A stretch of DNA of 64,000 bases, from the NCBI GenBank assembly GCA_950097015.1, contig CATNEN010000001.1:5580001-5644000 (forward strand), given 5' to 3'. The stretch comes from Macrostomum hystrix. Lineage: Eukaryota; Animalia; Platyhelminthes. The notes below the pieces were generated by a model, which saw only the letters and a list, made by a program, of their open reading frames with translations, was not told where the DNA came from and did not search any database. Made by a program: the position numbers and the translations under genes. Of the stretch, positions 1 to 13,600 are shown piece after piece. Within the stretch, counting starts at the first letter, position 1. Each line of letters starts with the position of its first letter.

Positions 1-3000
1 GAGTCACAATCATGAGAGTCAAAGCCATGAGAGTCACAACCATGAGAGTCATAACCATGAGAGTCACAATCATGAGAGTCAAAGCCATGAGAGTCACAAC
101 CATGAGAGTCACAACCATGAGAGTCACAGGAAATGAGAATCACAGGCATGAGAGTCACAGCCCTGAGAATCGTCACAGTCATGAGAGTCACAACTATGAG
201 AGTCACAACCATGAGAGTCACAACCATGAGAGTCACAACCATGAGAGTCACAACCATGAGAGTCACAGCCATGAGAATCACAGCCATGATAGTCACAGCC
301 ATGAGAATCACAGCCATGATAGTCACAGCCATGATAGTCACAGCCATGAGAGTCACAACCATGAGAGTCACAACCATGAGAGTCACAACCATGAGAGTCA
401 CAACCATGAGAGTCACAACCATGAGAGTCACAACCATGAGAGTCACAACCATGAGAGTCACAACCATGAGAGTCACAACCATGAGAGTCACAACCATGAG
501 AGTCACAACTATGAGAGTCACAGCCATGTGAGTCACAACCATGAGAGTCACAATCATGAGAATCACAGCCATGAGAGTCACAACCATGATAGTCACAGCC
601 ATGAGAATCACAGCCATGATAGTCACAGCCATGATAGTCACAGCCATGAGAGTCACAACCATGAGAGTCACAACCATGAGAGTCACAACCATGAGAATCA
701 CTCACAGTCATGAGAATCACAACCATGAGAGTCACAACCATGAGAGTCACAGCCATGAGAGTCACAGCCATGAGAGTCACAACCATGAGAATCACAACCA
801 TGAGAGTCACAACCATGAGAGTCACAACCATGAGAGTCACAACCATGAGAGTCACAACCATGAGAGTCACAACCATGAGAGTCAAAGCCATGAGAGTCAC
901 AACCATGAGAGTCACAACCATGAGAGTCACAACCATGAGAGTCAAAGCGCCATGAGAGTCACAACCATGAGAGTCACAACCATGAGAGTCACAACCATGA
1001 GAGTCACAGCCATGAGAATCACAGCCATGAGAGTCACAGCCCTGAGAATCACTCACAGTCATGAGAGTCACAACCATGAGAGTCACAACCATGAGAGTCA
1101 CAACCATGAGAGTCACAACCATGAAAGTCACAACCATGAGAGTCACAACCATGAGAGTCACAACCATGAGAGTCACAACCATGAGAGTCACAACTACGAG
1201 AGTCACAACCATGAGAGTCACAGCCCTGAGAGTCACAACCATGAGAGTCACAACTACGAGAGTCACAACCATGAGAGTCACAGCCCTGAGAGTCACAACC
1301 ATGAGAGTCACAACCATCAGAGTCACAACCATGAAAGTCACAGCCATGAGAGTCACAACCATGAGAGTCACAACCATGAGAGTCACAGTCATGAGAGTCA
1401 CAACCATGAGAGTCACAACCATGAAAGTCACAACCATGAGAGTCACAACCATGAGAGTCACAACCATGAGAGTCACAACCATGAAAGTCACAGCCATGAG
1501 AGTCACAACCATGAGAGTCACAACCATGAGAGTCACAACCATGAGAGTCACAACCATGAGAGTCACAACCATGAGAGTCAAAGCCATGAGAGTCACAACC
1601 ATGAGAGTCACAACCATGAGAGTCACAACCATGATAGTCACAGCCATGAGAGTCAAAGCCATGATAGTCACAGCCATGAGAGTCACAACCATGATAGTCA
1701 CAGCCATGAGAGTCAAAGCCATGATAGTCACAGCCATGAGAGTCAAAGCCATGAGAGTCACAGCCATGATAGTCACAGCCATGAGAGTCACAGCCATGAT
1801 AGTCACAGCCATGAGAGTCACAGCCATGATAGTCACAGCCATGAGAGTCAAAGCCATGATAGTCACAGCCATGAGAGTCACAGCCATGATAGTCACAGCC
1901 ATGAGAGTCACAGCCATGAGAGTCACAGCCATGATAGTCACAGCCATGAGAGTCACAGCCATGAGAGTCACAACCATGAGAGTCACAACCATGAGAGTCA
2001 CAACCATGAGAGTCACAACCATGAGAGTCACAATCATGAGAGTCACAACCATGAGAGTCACAATCATGAGAGTCAAAGCCATGAGAGTCACAACCATGAG
2101 AGTCACAGCCATGTGAGTCACAACCATGAGAGTCACAACCATGAGAGTCACAACCATGAGAGTCACAATCATGAGAGTCACAACCATGAGAGTCACAATC
2201 ATGAGAGTCAAAGCCATGAGAGTCACAACCATGAGAGTCACAACCATGAGAGTCACAATCATGAGAGTCAAAGCCATGAGAGTCACAACCATGAGAGTCA
2301 CAACCATGAGAGTCACAGGAAATGAGAATCACAGGCATGAGAGTCACAGCCCTGAGAATCGTCACAGTCATGAGAGTCACAACTATGAGAGTCACAACCA
2401 TGAGAGTCACAACCATGAGAGTCACAACCATGAGAGTCACAACCATGAGAGTCACAGCCATGAGAATCACAGCCATGATAGTCACAGCCATGAGAATCAC
2501 AGCCATGATAGTCACAGCCATGATAGTCACAGCCATGAGAGTCACAACCATGAGAGTCACAACCATGAGAGTCACAACCATGAGAGTCACAACCATGAGA
2601 GTCACAACCATGAGAGTCACAACCATGAGAGTCACAACCATGAGAGTCACAACCATGAGAGTCACAACCATGAGAGTCACAACCATGAGAGTCACAACTA
2701 TGAGAGTCACAGCCATGTGAGTCACAACCATGAGAGTCACAACCATGATAGTCACAGCCATGAGAATCACAGCCATGATAGTCACAGCCATGATAGTCAC
2801 AGCCATGAGAGTCACAACCATGAGAGTCACAACCATGAGAGTCACAACCATGAGAGTCACAACCATGAGAGTCACAACCATGATAGTCACAGCCATGAGA
2901 ATCACAGCCATGATAGTCACAGCCATGATAGTCACAGCCATGAGAGTCACAACCATGAGAGTCACAACCATGAGAGTCACAACCATGAGAGTCACAACCA

Positions 3001-3720
3001 TGAGAGTCACAACCATGAGAGTCACAACCATGAGAGTCACAACCATGAGAGTCACAACCATGAGAGTCACAACTATGAGAGTCACAGCCATGTGAGTCAC
3101 AACCATGAGAGTCACAATCATGAGAATCACAGCCATGAGAATCACAGCCATGATAGTCACAGCCATGAGAATCACAGCCATGATAGTCACAGCCATGATA
3201 GTCACAGCCATGAGAGTCACAACCATGAGAGTCACAACCATGAGAGTCACAACCATGAGAGTCACAACCATGAGAGTCACAACCATGAGAGTCACAACCA
3301 TGAGAGTCACAACCATGAGAGTCACAACCATGAGAGTCACAACCATGAGAGTCACAACCATGAGAGTCACAACCATGAGAGTCACAACCATGAGAGTCAC
3401 AACCATGAGAGTCACAACCATGAGAGTCACAACCATGAGAGTCACAACCATGAGAGTCACAACCATGAGAGTCACAACCATGAGAGTCACAACCATGAGA
3501 GTCACAACCATGATAGTCACGACTATGAGAGTCACAGCCATGAGAGTCACAACCATGAGAGTCACAACCATGAGAATCACAGCCATGAGAGTCACAACCA
3601 TGAGAGTCACAACCATGAGAGTCACAACCATGAGAGTCACAACCATGAGAGTCACAACCATGAGAGTCACAACCATGAGAGTCACAACTATGAGAGTCAC
3701 AGCCATGTGAGTCTCAACTA
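1..3720. repeat. 15-bp minisatellite (CATGAGAGTCACAAC)n, running off the left edge of the window
   Basis: Directly visible unit with variants (CAGC/CAAC, GATAG, GAGAAT). It generates the HESHN, MRVTT and CDSHG pseudo-ORFs in several frames on both strands. Confidence 0.98.
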
Positions 3721-4675
3721 CGAGAGTGAAAATTAAAAGAGTTTCAAGTACGATAGTCACAATTTTTAGCAATGAAGTAAGTTATTTTGTTTGCCTATCC
3801 CAAATTGACTATTATTGGCTAATTTAATCAGATAAAGTGAATCACTGACTGTCCATATTTCTACTTATTGTGTGTTAAAACAATGGCTAAAGCAATTTTC
3901 ACCCCCTATGACTACAAAAATACGTCAGAAAATTCTTAGAAACTGGCGAAAAAAATAAAAAAGTGATCCGCGAGTTCTGCCCATTGTTGGCAAGTGCAGA
4001 CAGTGCAACGATTTGCACCTCTCTCTCCAATTGCTAAAATATTGAAACAATGGAACATACGCGAGAGAATGAGCCAATGAAATTGTCACTCAACTAATTG
4101 ACAGATTGAATTTGCCAACTGCAACTAAAATAGGAAATAAAAAGAACTTAATAATTGTCTCACGGCTGTCATTATCACACCTTGGGGTGCACAACCACCC
4201 ACCCAGTCTCCTAGACCAAGAAATATTGGCAGTGCACGTGCGTGCCATAAAAAACTTGAGAAGAATCACTGAAAAGTGTGACAAAAACAGTCAAACATGT
4301 CATGCCCCTGAATACTAGGAACATTTTATCTGGACTAGATTTCGATCTCGTGTTTACATAGCAGGGCAGTAATTTTTTCAGACTAAAATTCCTTCATAAT
4401 TGCAGTGTGTGTCACTGTTCAAAGCATAATTTTCACACTCCTAATGGCTTGTCAACAGTTTTTTTACCCCGCCTCTTGATTAATACTTTGATGGAAAATT
4501 TTCTGTTGGCTTTTTGTTTTTAGAGCAATCCCGAGTTGAGAGATCTCTTGTCATGCTCAAAATAGCTGACTAACAATTTGGCTTCAGTTTTGCGATGTAC
4601 GTCACAGACTTTGCACCTTTACTTCACACATTAGAGCACTGCAATTATCTCTGACTATATTCATCTAAATTTATG

Positions 4676-5195
4676 TCTTTATCTCTCTGTCTCTCTGTCC
4701 CTCTGTCTCTCTGTCTCTCTGTCTCTCTGTCTCTGTCTCTCTGTCTCTCTGTCTCTCTGTCTCTCTGTCTCTGTCTCTCTGTCTCTCTGTCTCATTGTCT
4801 CTCTGTCTCTTTGTCTCTCTGTCTCATTGTCTCTCTGTCTCTCTGTCTCTCTGTCTCTGTCTCTCTGTCTCTCTGTCTCATTGTCTCTCTGTCTCTTTGT
4901 CCCTCTGTCTCTCTGTCTCTCTGTCTCTCTGTCTCTCTGTCCCTCTGTCTCATTGTCTCTCTGTCTCTTTGTCCCTCTGTCTCTCTGTCTCTCTGTCTCT
5001 CTGTCTCTCTGTCTCTCTGTCTCTCTGTCCCTCTGTCTCTCTGTCTCTCTGTCTCTCTGTCCCTCTGTCTCTCTGTCTCTCTGTCTCTCTGTCTCTCTGT
5101 CTCTCTGTCTCTCTGTCTCTCTGCCTCTCTGCCTCTCTGTCTCTCTGTCTCTCTGTCTCTCTGCCTCTCTGTCTCTCTGGCTGTCTGTCTCTCTG
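4676..5195. repeat. CT-rich microsatellite, approximately (TCTCTCTG)n
   Basis: Directly visible. Produces the SLSLCL and RQRDRETE low-complexity ORFs. Confidence 0.97.
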
Positions 5196-5829
5196 TGACT
5201 CGTGTTTCGTGCTGATTCAGTAACAGCCTTCATGTTCTGCAATCCCAAGCGTGTCCTCTATCCGTCGGCCAATGCCCTAAACAGGTTAGCCCAGTGCTCC
5301 AACAAGAATTACTAATTACAGTTTACACATTCAATTCCTGGGAAGCGTACACAAGATGGCTGATTAAAATTATTCCCATTCTAAATTAGCCTGTTTGAGT
5401 AAGTCTGTTAAACATTCAAGTATCTATGCTCATCAGAATGCTAATCAGGATCAATAAAATGTCATCCTTGCAAGTGGAAGCTGTCAAATTGGCCTGCGAC
5501 CAAGAGGCACAGTGGAGACAAAGGCGGAGAGAAAGCAAAAGAAAGTTTTTGGGAAGAAAAACTCGGTTCGTCTGAAGGACACTTGCGAAAATTCATTGAA
5601 AATAATTCAGATTGAAGTAATTTGCGATCAGGCCAGAAAGTGCCAACGAAATAATTTTTTGCTTGCACTACAAACACTCACCCGAAACAGCAAGGCTAAT
5701 TTATTCACACAAATGCTAATGTGCTCCTGTTAGCAACTAATTGCTTCAGGACCGTCACGGCAAAATACATTTCAAAGCTTGGGTCGGCAAACTTAACCAA
5801 CGAAATTATAAAATAGGCTATGGTTACAA

Positions 5830-6575
5830 TCGAGAATCTAGAATCGTAGCTAGAATCGTAGCTAGAATCGTAGCTAGAATCGTAGATAGAATCGTAGCTA
5901 GAATCATAGCTAGACCGAAAGCCAGAGCCGTAACTAGAATCGTAGCTAGAATCGTAGCTAGAATCGTAACTAGAATCGTAGCTAAAATCGTAGCTAGAAT
6001 CGTAGCTAGAATCGTAGCTAGAATCGTAGCTAGAATCGTAGCTAGAATCGTAGCTAGAATCGTAGCTAGAATCGTAGCTAGAATCGTAACTAGAATCGTA
6101 GCTAGAATCGTAGCTAGAATCGTAGCTAGAATCGTAGCTAGAATCGTAGCTAGAATCGTAGCTAGAATCGTAGCTAGAATCGTAGCTAGAATCGTAGCTA
6201 GAATCGTAGCTAGAATCGTAGCTAGAATCGTAGCTAGAATCGTAGCTAGAATAGTAGCTAGAATCGTAGCTAGAATAGTAGCTAGAATCGTAGCTAGAAC
6301 CGTAGCTAGAATCGTAGCTAGACCGAAAGCCAGAACCGTAACTAGAATCGTAGCTAGAATCGTAGCTAGAATCGTAGCTAGAACCGTAGCTAGAACCGTA
6401 GCTAGAATCGTAGCTATAATCGTAGCTAGAATCGTAGCTAGAATCGTAGCTATAATCGTAGCTAGAATCGTAGCTAGAATCGTAGCTAGAATCGTAGCTA
6501 GAATCGTAGCTAGAATCGTAGCTAGAATCGTAGCTAGAACCGTAGCTAGACCGATAGTCAGAATCATAGTAGTCT
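5830..6575. repeat. 12-bp minisatellite (GCTAGAATCGTA)n
   Basis: Directly visible; source of the ARIV and ATIL pseudo-ORFs. Confidence 0.98.
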
Positions 6576-7171
6576 AGTAATCTACTATGTCATAATCATA
6601 GTAATCACCCTAGACTCATAATGTCTCACACCAGTCTCACGCCACTCTCACACTGTCTCACCCCAGTCTCTCACTGTCCTACATCAGGCACACACTGTCT
6701 GACCCAGTCTCACAGTGTCTCACCCCAGTCTCTCAATCTCTCTGGGTCTATGAGAGCCTACTTTAAATATGAAGTGCAATATTTCGCGAAAATTTCTCGT
6801 CTTTTTAATGATGAATTGCAGTAGAGGAAAAAGTAATAACAGTATTTCAGTAATAGATCGATTTTTTCATCGTCCCTGGAGAAACTAAGTTAAGGAAAGA
6901 AATATATTCGAGTAAAACTGGGTGACCGATCAACCAACGTGGTTCGTTGATTCTGAGATCCGTTTCCGTGAAATTCCCGTGAGACTTCGAGAGACATAAA
7001 GAAAGGTTTTCAATCAAAAGAACAGTTTTTATTGCAATTGAATGTTGATATTTTGACTAATATTACAGGGATTTTAACTAGCTACTACAGGTCTTAATTC
7101 TGCTGTTTCTTGCAATACAGGTTTTGGTCTCGCCTAACAGGTACTTGCTGCCTTCTCTTACGAATAGAAAC

Positions 7172-7480
7172 TTCTAACAGGTGAATCTCTTATCTAACAG
7201 GTTAATCTCTTATCTAACAAGTTAAACCTCTTATCTAGCCAGTGAATCTCTTATCTAACAAGTGAACCTCTTATCTGACAGGTGAATCTCTTATCTAATA
7301 AGTGAATCTCTTATCTAACAGGTGAATCTCTTATCTAACAGGTGAATCTCTTATCTAATAAGTGAATCTCTTATCTAACAGGTGAATCTCTTATCTAACA
7401 GGTGAATCTCTTATCTAACAGGTGAATCTCTTATCTAATAAGTGAATCTCTTATCTAACAGGTGAACCTCTCACAGGTGA
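7172..7480. repeat. 20-bp minisatellite (AGGTGAATCTCTTATCTAAC)n
   Basis: About 15 visible tandem copies. Confidence 0.95.
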
Positions 7481-7964
7481 ATAGAATCGTCGTTAAAACA
7501 ATGACAGTTTTACCCGCAGATGCTAACATCATTTTCAATTAGAAAATTGGGCCAGAAAAGAAACAAAGAATAGATAATTGTCTTACAAAACGCCCACGTA
7601 TTTTATGTAATCACATATTTTATCATTGCTATCAAATTTCCATCCTCACCTGCTGCTTGTGATTCAGCTGTCTGCGTCGGATTGCTTTTGTTGCTAGGGA
7701 CAGAAATCTTTCTTTGACTTTGAATTTTAGCAAATTTCGGCAACAAATTTAATTGCATAGTTTTAGTACAAAAGTATTTTTAAGCAGTTTTTTGTCGATG
7801 TTTGAATCAGTCGTTTTTTATACAGCAGAAAAATTTTCGCGAATAGCTGAACATTATTGAATTATTGAACACAATGAAAATTTGCCATCATTATTGCATC
7901 GATTCTAGCTACTATTCTGGAGCTAGAATCGTAAATCGATTATAACTGTAGCAAAAATTCTTGC

Positions 7965-8212
7965 TACGATTCTAGCTATCGGTTCTAGATACGATTCTGG
8001 CTATCGGTTCTAGATACGATTCTGGCTATCGGTTCTAGATACGATTCTGGCTATCGGTTCTAGATACGATTCTGGCTATCGGTTCTAGATACGATTCTGG
8101 CTATCGGTTCTAGCTAAGTTTCTAGCTATCGGTTCTAGCTACGATTCTAGCTATCGGTTCTAGCTACGATTCTAGCTATCGGTTCTAGCTACGATTCTGG
8201 CTATCGGTTCTA
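7965..8212. repeat. 12/24-bp minisatellite (TACGATTCTGGCTATCGGTTCTAGA-type), a reverse-complement relative of the 5830-6575 array
   Basis: TACGATTCTAGC is the exact reverse complement of GCTAGAATCGTA. Confidence 0.93.
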
Positions 8213-8214
8213 GA

Positions 8215-10400
8215 GACAGTAAGAGACTTGTGGGAGACAGTGAGACACTTAAATCAGAGAATCACATAGACAGTGAGACACTCATGTAGACATTGAGACA
8301 CTCAGGCAGACAGTGAGACACTCAGGCAGGCAGTGACCACTCAGGCAGACAGTGAGACACTCAGGCAGACAGTGAGACACTCAGGCAGGCAGTGAGACAC
8401 TCAGGCAGACATTGAGACACTCAGGCAGACAGTGAGACACTCAGGCAGGCAGTGACACACTCAGGCAGACAGTGAGACACTCAGGCAGACAGTGAGACAC
8501 TCAGGCAGGCAGTGAGACACTCATGTAGACATTGAGACATTCAGGCAGACAGTGAGACACTCAGGCAGACAGTGAGACACTCAGGCAGACAGTGAGACAC
8601 TCAGGCAGACAGTGAGACACTCAGGCAGACAGTGAGACACTCAGGCAGGCAGTGAGACACTCATGTAGACATTGAGACATTCAGGCAGGCAGTGAGACAC
8701 TCAGGCAGACAGTGAGACACTCAGGCAGGCAGTGAGACACTCATGTAGACATTGAGACATTCAGGCAGGCAGCGACCACTCAGGCAGACAGTGAGACACT
8801 CAGGCAGACAGTGAGACACTCAGGCAGACAGTGAGACACTCAGGCAGACAGTGAGACATTCAGGCAGGCAGTGAGACACTCAGGCAGGCAGTGAGACACT
8901 CAGGCAGGCAGTGACACACTCAGGCAGACAGTGAGACACTCAGGCAGGCAGTGAGACACTCAGGCAGACAGTGAGACACTCAGGCAGGCAGTGAGACACT
9001 CAGGCAGGCAGTGACACACTCAGGCAGACAGTGAGACACTCAGGCAGGCAGTGAGACACTCAGGCAGACAGTGAGACACTCAGGCAGGCAGTGAGACACT
9101 CAGGCAGGCAGTGACACACTCAGGCAGACAGTGAGACACTCAGGCAGGCAGTGAGACACTCAGGCAGGCAGTGACACACTCAGGCAGGCAGTGAGACACT
9201 CAGGCAGGCAGTGACACACTCAGGCAGACAGTGAGACACTCAGGCAGACAGTGAGACACTCAGGCAGACAGTGAGACACTCAGGCTGACAGTGAGACATT
9301 CAGGCAGACAGTGAGACACTCAGGCAGACAGTGAGACACTCAGGCAGACAGTGACCACTCAGGCAGACAGTGAGACACTCAGGCAGACAGTGAGACACTC
9401 AGGCAGACAGTGAGACACTCAGGCAGACAGTGAGACACTCAGGCAGACAGTGAGACACTCAGGCAGACAGTGAGACACTCAGGCAGGCAGTGAGACACTC
9501 AGGCAGGCAGTGACACACTCAGGCAGACAGTGAGACACTCAGGCAGGCAGTGAGACACTCAGGCAGGCAGTGAGACACTCAGGCAGGCAGTGAGACACTC
9601 AGGCAGGCAGTGACACACTCAGGCAGGCAGTGAGACACTCAGGCAGGCAGTGAGACATTCAGGCAGGCAGTGAGACATTCAGGCAGGCAGTGAGACACTC
9701 AGGCAGACAGTGAGACACTCAGGCAGGCAGTGACACACTCAGGCAGGCAGTGACACACTCAGGCAGACAGTGAGACACTCAGGCAGGCAGTGAGACATTC
9801 AGGCAGGCAGTGAGACACTCAGGCAGGCAGTGAGACATTCAGGCAGGCAGTGAGACACTCAGGCAGGCAGTGAGACATTCAGGCAGGCAGTGAGACACTC
9901 AGGCAGGCAGTGAGACACTCAGGCAGGCAGTGAGACACTCAGGCAGACAGTGAGACACTCAGGCAGACAGTGACACACTCAGGCAGGCAGTGAGACACTC
10001 AGGCAGGCAGTGAGACACTCAGGCAGACAGTGAGACATTCAGGCAGACAGTGAGACACTCAGGCAGGCAGTGAGACACTCAGGCAGGCAGTGACACACTC
10101 AGGCAGGCAGTGAGACACTCAGGCAGGCAGTGAGACACTCAGGCAGACAGTGACACACTCAGGCAGGCAATGAGACACTCAGGCAGGCAGTGAGACACTC
10201 AGGCAGACAGTGAGACACTCAGGCAGACAGTGAGACACTCAGGCAGACAGTGAGACACTCAGGCAGGCAGTGAGACACTCAGGCAGGCAGTGAGACACTC
10301 AGGCAGACAGTGAGACACTCAGGCTGACAGTGAGACACTCAGGCAGGCAGTGAGACACTCAGGCAGACAGTGAGACACTCAGGCAGACAGTGAGACACTC
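8215..10400. repeat. 20-bp minisatellite (GACAGTGAGACACTCAGGCA)n
   Basis: About 100 visible tandem copies with A/G variants; degenerate at the left edge. Confidence 0.98.
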
Positions 10401-10654
10401 AGATCGACGCGAAGCGAAGGCAAACAAGCTTTGCCGCAGCGTAGGAAAACGCCATGTGTTCGTGTGTGTCATGAAATTGTCACGTTCGCAATACGTTTGT
10501 CCGCACTATCTATGCATTAGCAATGTTTGCCTTATCTTGCACTGGATAGCTTGAAGGCATTTTAGGCTTGCATATTTTATATAAAGGCCAGTTGTTGACC
10601 AGCTCCAAATAGGCCAAGTCAATTCGGAGAATACTAAAATAATTTCACGCAGCC

Positions 10655-13600
10655 ATGTCCAACAAAGACAAAAGCGTTCCCATAGAAACTGAACTGCTAT
10701 GGCTACCAAAGATTTTCCAATCTGCCCAGCAACTATTTGGCGTGAAAAATATCGCAATTCAAATTGGCGCCAAATCTTCCAAAGCGGTGCTCATTGATGG
10801 CGCGAAAGAAAATGATCGACTGTTAATTTTTCATCTGAAATTTTTGGCAAGCTCCGAGTCGGAAGACGATTGTTTAAAATTCCTGGTCAGTTATGATGAC
10901 AGAGATTGTCAACTGAACGAACTGCTTGTCAACAAGCTCACACCACAGTTGAGCAGGTTGAGCACTTTGGCTGACAAGTGAGTATAATAACTATCTGCTG
11001 TTCTATAAATAGTAACAGGGAAATTTGATCAGAGATGCACTAGTCTATGTGTCGCACTGTTTCTAATCTAAATATACTAAAAATGTTTTTTTATATCAAA
11101 ATTTTTCTCAATTAAAAAATAACCATTGTTTTCGAGAAGGCGTACATTGTTGTAAGCTTATAGACTCAGTTTTGATTTTTGAAATAATTCACAATGGTAA
11201 ATACAGGAAATCATTTTATTCACTATTTGCTCCTAGAACTACATCTAGGATCTAAAATATTTTAAACATAGTACACGTTACATATTGTTAAATTCTGTGA
11301 GATGTGTGTCATAATAACTGTTAGAAATGATACGTGTTAGGCATTATATCATGTTAGACATGAAACATGTTAGACATTATTTATTGTTAGACATAATACC
11401 TGTTAGACATTATATCATGTTAGACATGATACCTGTTAGATATTATATCATGTTAGACATGATACCTGTTAGACTTTATATCATGTTAGACATGATACCT
11501 GTTAGATATTATATCATGTTAGACATGATACCTGTTAGACATTATATAATGTTAGACATGATACATGCTTGATATGACACATGTTAGATATGACACCCAG
11601 TTAAACATAATATTATCCGCTTCACATGCAAGTGTGAGAAATATTTTTTGGCAGCTCATTTTGTGTTTCATTGACTGTTTCATTTCAAATTCACAAATTT
11701 TAGAATTCGCGAGGTCGATTTCACAGAACATGTGCCGAAATCCGCTGCCTTGCTTGCTGACCTCGCCGAACTGCATCCGCAAGAGCTGTTCCATCTCACT
11801 GATGATCTAGATAGAAAAATTGATCAATTTAGATTCTGTTTGATTGATTCAAATCCGACTCGCTGCCGGATTACCAGGGTGAGACATTGGGAAACAAGTC
11901 CAGCTGTTAGACACTGTTATAACTGTTAGACACTGACCTCTATAGTTAGACACTCGGTTCTATCTGTTAGACACTGTATTCTATCTGTTAGACACTGGAT
12001 TCTATCTGTTAGACACTGGATTCTATCTGTTAGACACTGGATTCTATCTGTTAGACACTGGATTCTATCTGTTAGACACTGGATTCTATCTGTTAGACAC
12101 TGGATTCTATCTGTTAGACACTGGATTCTATCTGTTAGACACTGGATTCTGTCTGTTAGACATTCGATTCTGTCTGTTAGACACCATTGGATTCTGTCTG
12201 TTAGACACTGGATTCTGTCTGTTAGACATTCGATTCTGTCTGTTAGACACCACTGGATTCTATCTGTTAGACACTGGATTCTGTCTGTTAGACACTGGAT
12301 TCTGTCTGTTAGACACTGGATTCTGTCTGTTAGACACCACTGGATTCTATCTGTTAGACACTGGATTCTGTCTGTTAGACACTGGATTCTGTCTGTTAGA
12401 CACTGGATTCTGTCTGTTAGACACCACTGGATTCTATCTGTTAGACACTGTATTCTATCTGTTAGACACTGGATTCTGTCTGTTAGACACTGGATTCTGT
12501 CTGTTAGACACTGGATTCTGTCTGTTAGACACCACTGGATTCTATCTGTTAGACACTGTATTCTGTCTGTTAGACACTGGATTCTGTCTGTTAGACATTC
12601 GATTCTGTCTGTTAGACACCACTGGATTCTATCTGTTAGACACTGGATTCTGTCTGTTAGACACTGTATTCTGTCTGTTAGACACTGGATTCTGTCTGTT
12701 AGACATTCGATTCTGTCTGTTAGACACCACTGGATTCTATCTGTTAGACACTGGATTCTGTCTGTTAGACACTGGATTCTGTCTGTTAGACACCACTGGA
12801 TTCTATCTGTTAGACACTGTATTCTATCTGTTAGACACTGGATTCTGTCTGTTAGACACTGGATTCTGTCTGTTAGACACTGGATTCTGTCTGTTAGACA
12901 CCACTGGATTCTATCTGTTAGACACTGTATTCTGTCTGTTAGACACTGGATTCTGTCTGTTAGACATTCGATTCTGTCTGTTAGACACCACTGGATTCTA
13001 TCTGTTAGACACTGGATTCTGTCTGTTAGACACTGTATTCTGTCTGTTAGACACTGGATTCTGTCTGTTAGACATTCGATTCTGTCTGTTAGACACCACT
13101 GGATTCTATCTGTTAGACACTGGATTCTGTCTGTTAGACACTGGATTCTGTCTGTTAGACACTGGATTCTGTCTGTTAGACACCACTGGATTCTATCTGT
13201 TAGACACTGGATTCTATCTGTTAGACACTGGATTCTATCTGTTAGACACCACTGGATTCTATTTGTTAGACACTGGATTCTGTCTGTTAGACACCACTGG
13301 ATTCTATCAGTTAGACACTGGATTCTATCTGTTAGACACTGGATTCTGTCTGTTAGACACTGGATTCCAACTGTTAGTTTGTTTGTTAGACATTAAAATC
13401 TAGCTGTTAAACTTTTGAATCTAGTAGTTGTTCTTTTGGAAGCTGGTTGTTCAAATGTTAAATCCTAGTCTTGTATCTTCCATCTCAGATGTACACATTT
13501 TATCTAATCTGGTACTTCCAAAATAACTCACTTTACTTGGTCTCTCTCTCAGTCACGTGACTTCTAAATTTAGACATTCTTTAGCGCAGGAGCGGTGCGT

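Noticed and set aside
12-3772. Long His/Ser-rich, Cys-Asp-Ser-His-Gly and MRVTT ORFs resembling metal-binding proteins
   Set aside because: They are a by-product of a stop-poor 15-bp satellite open in several frames on both strands, with frame switches at indels and no codon-position bias.
3900-5800. Short exon-like stretches ([74 protein letters not shown])
   Set aside because: I could not join them into a phase-consistent model or recognise a family. They need RNA-seq or profile searches.
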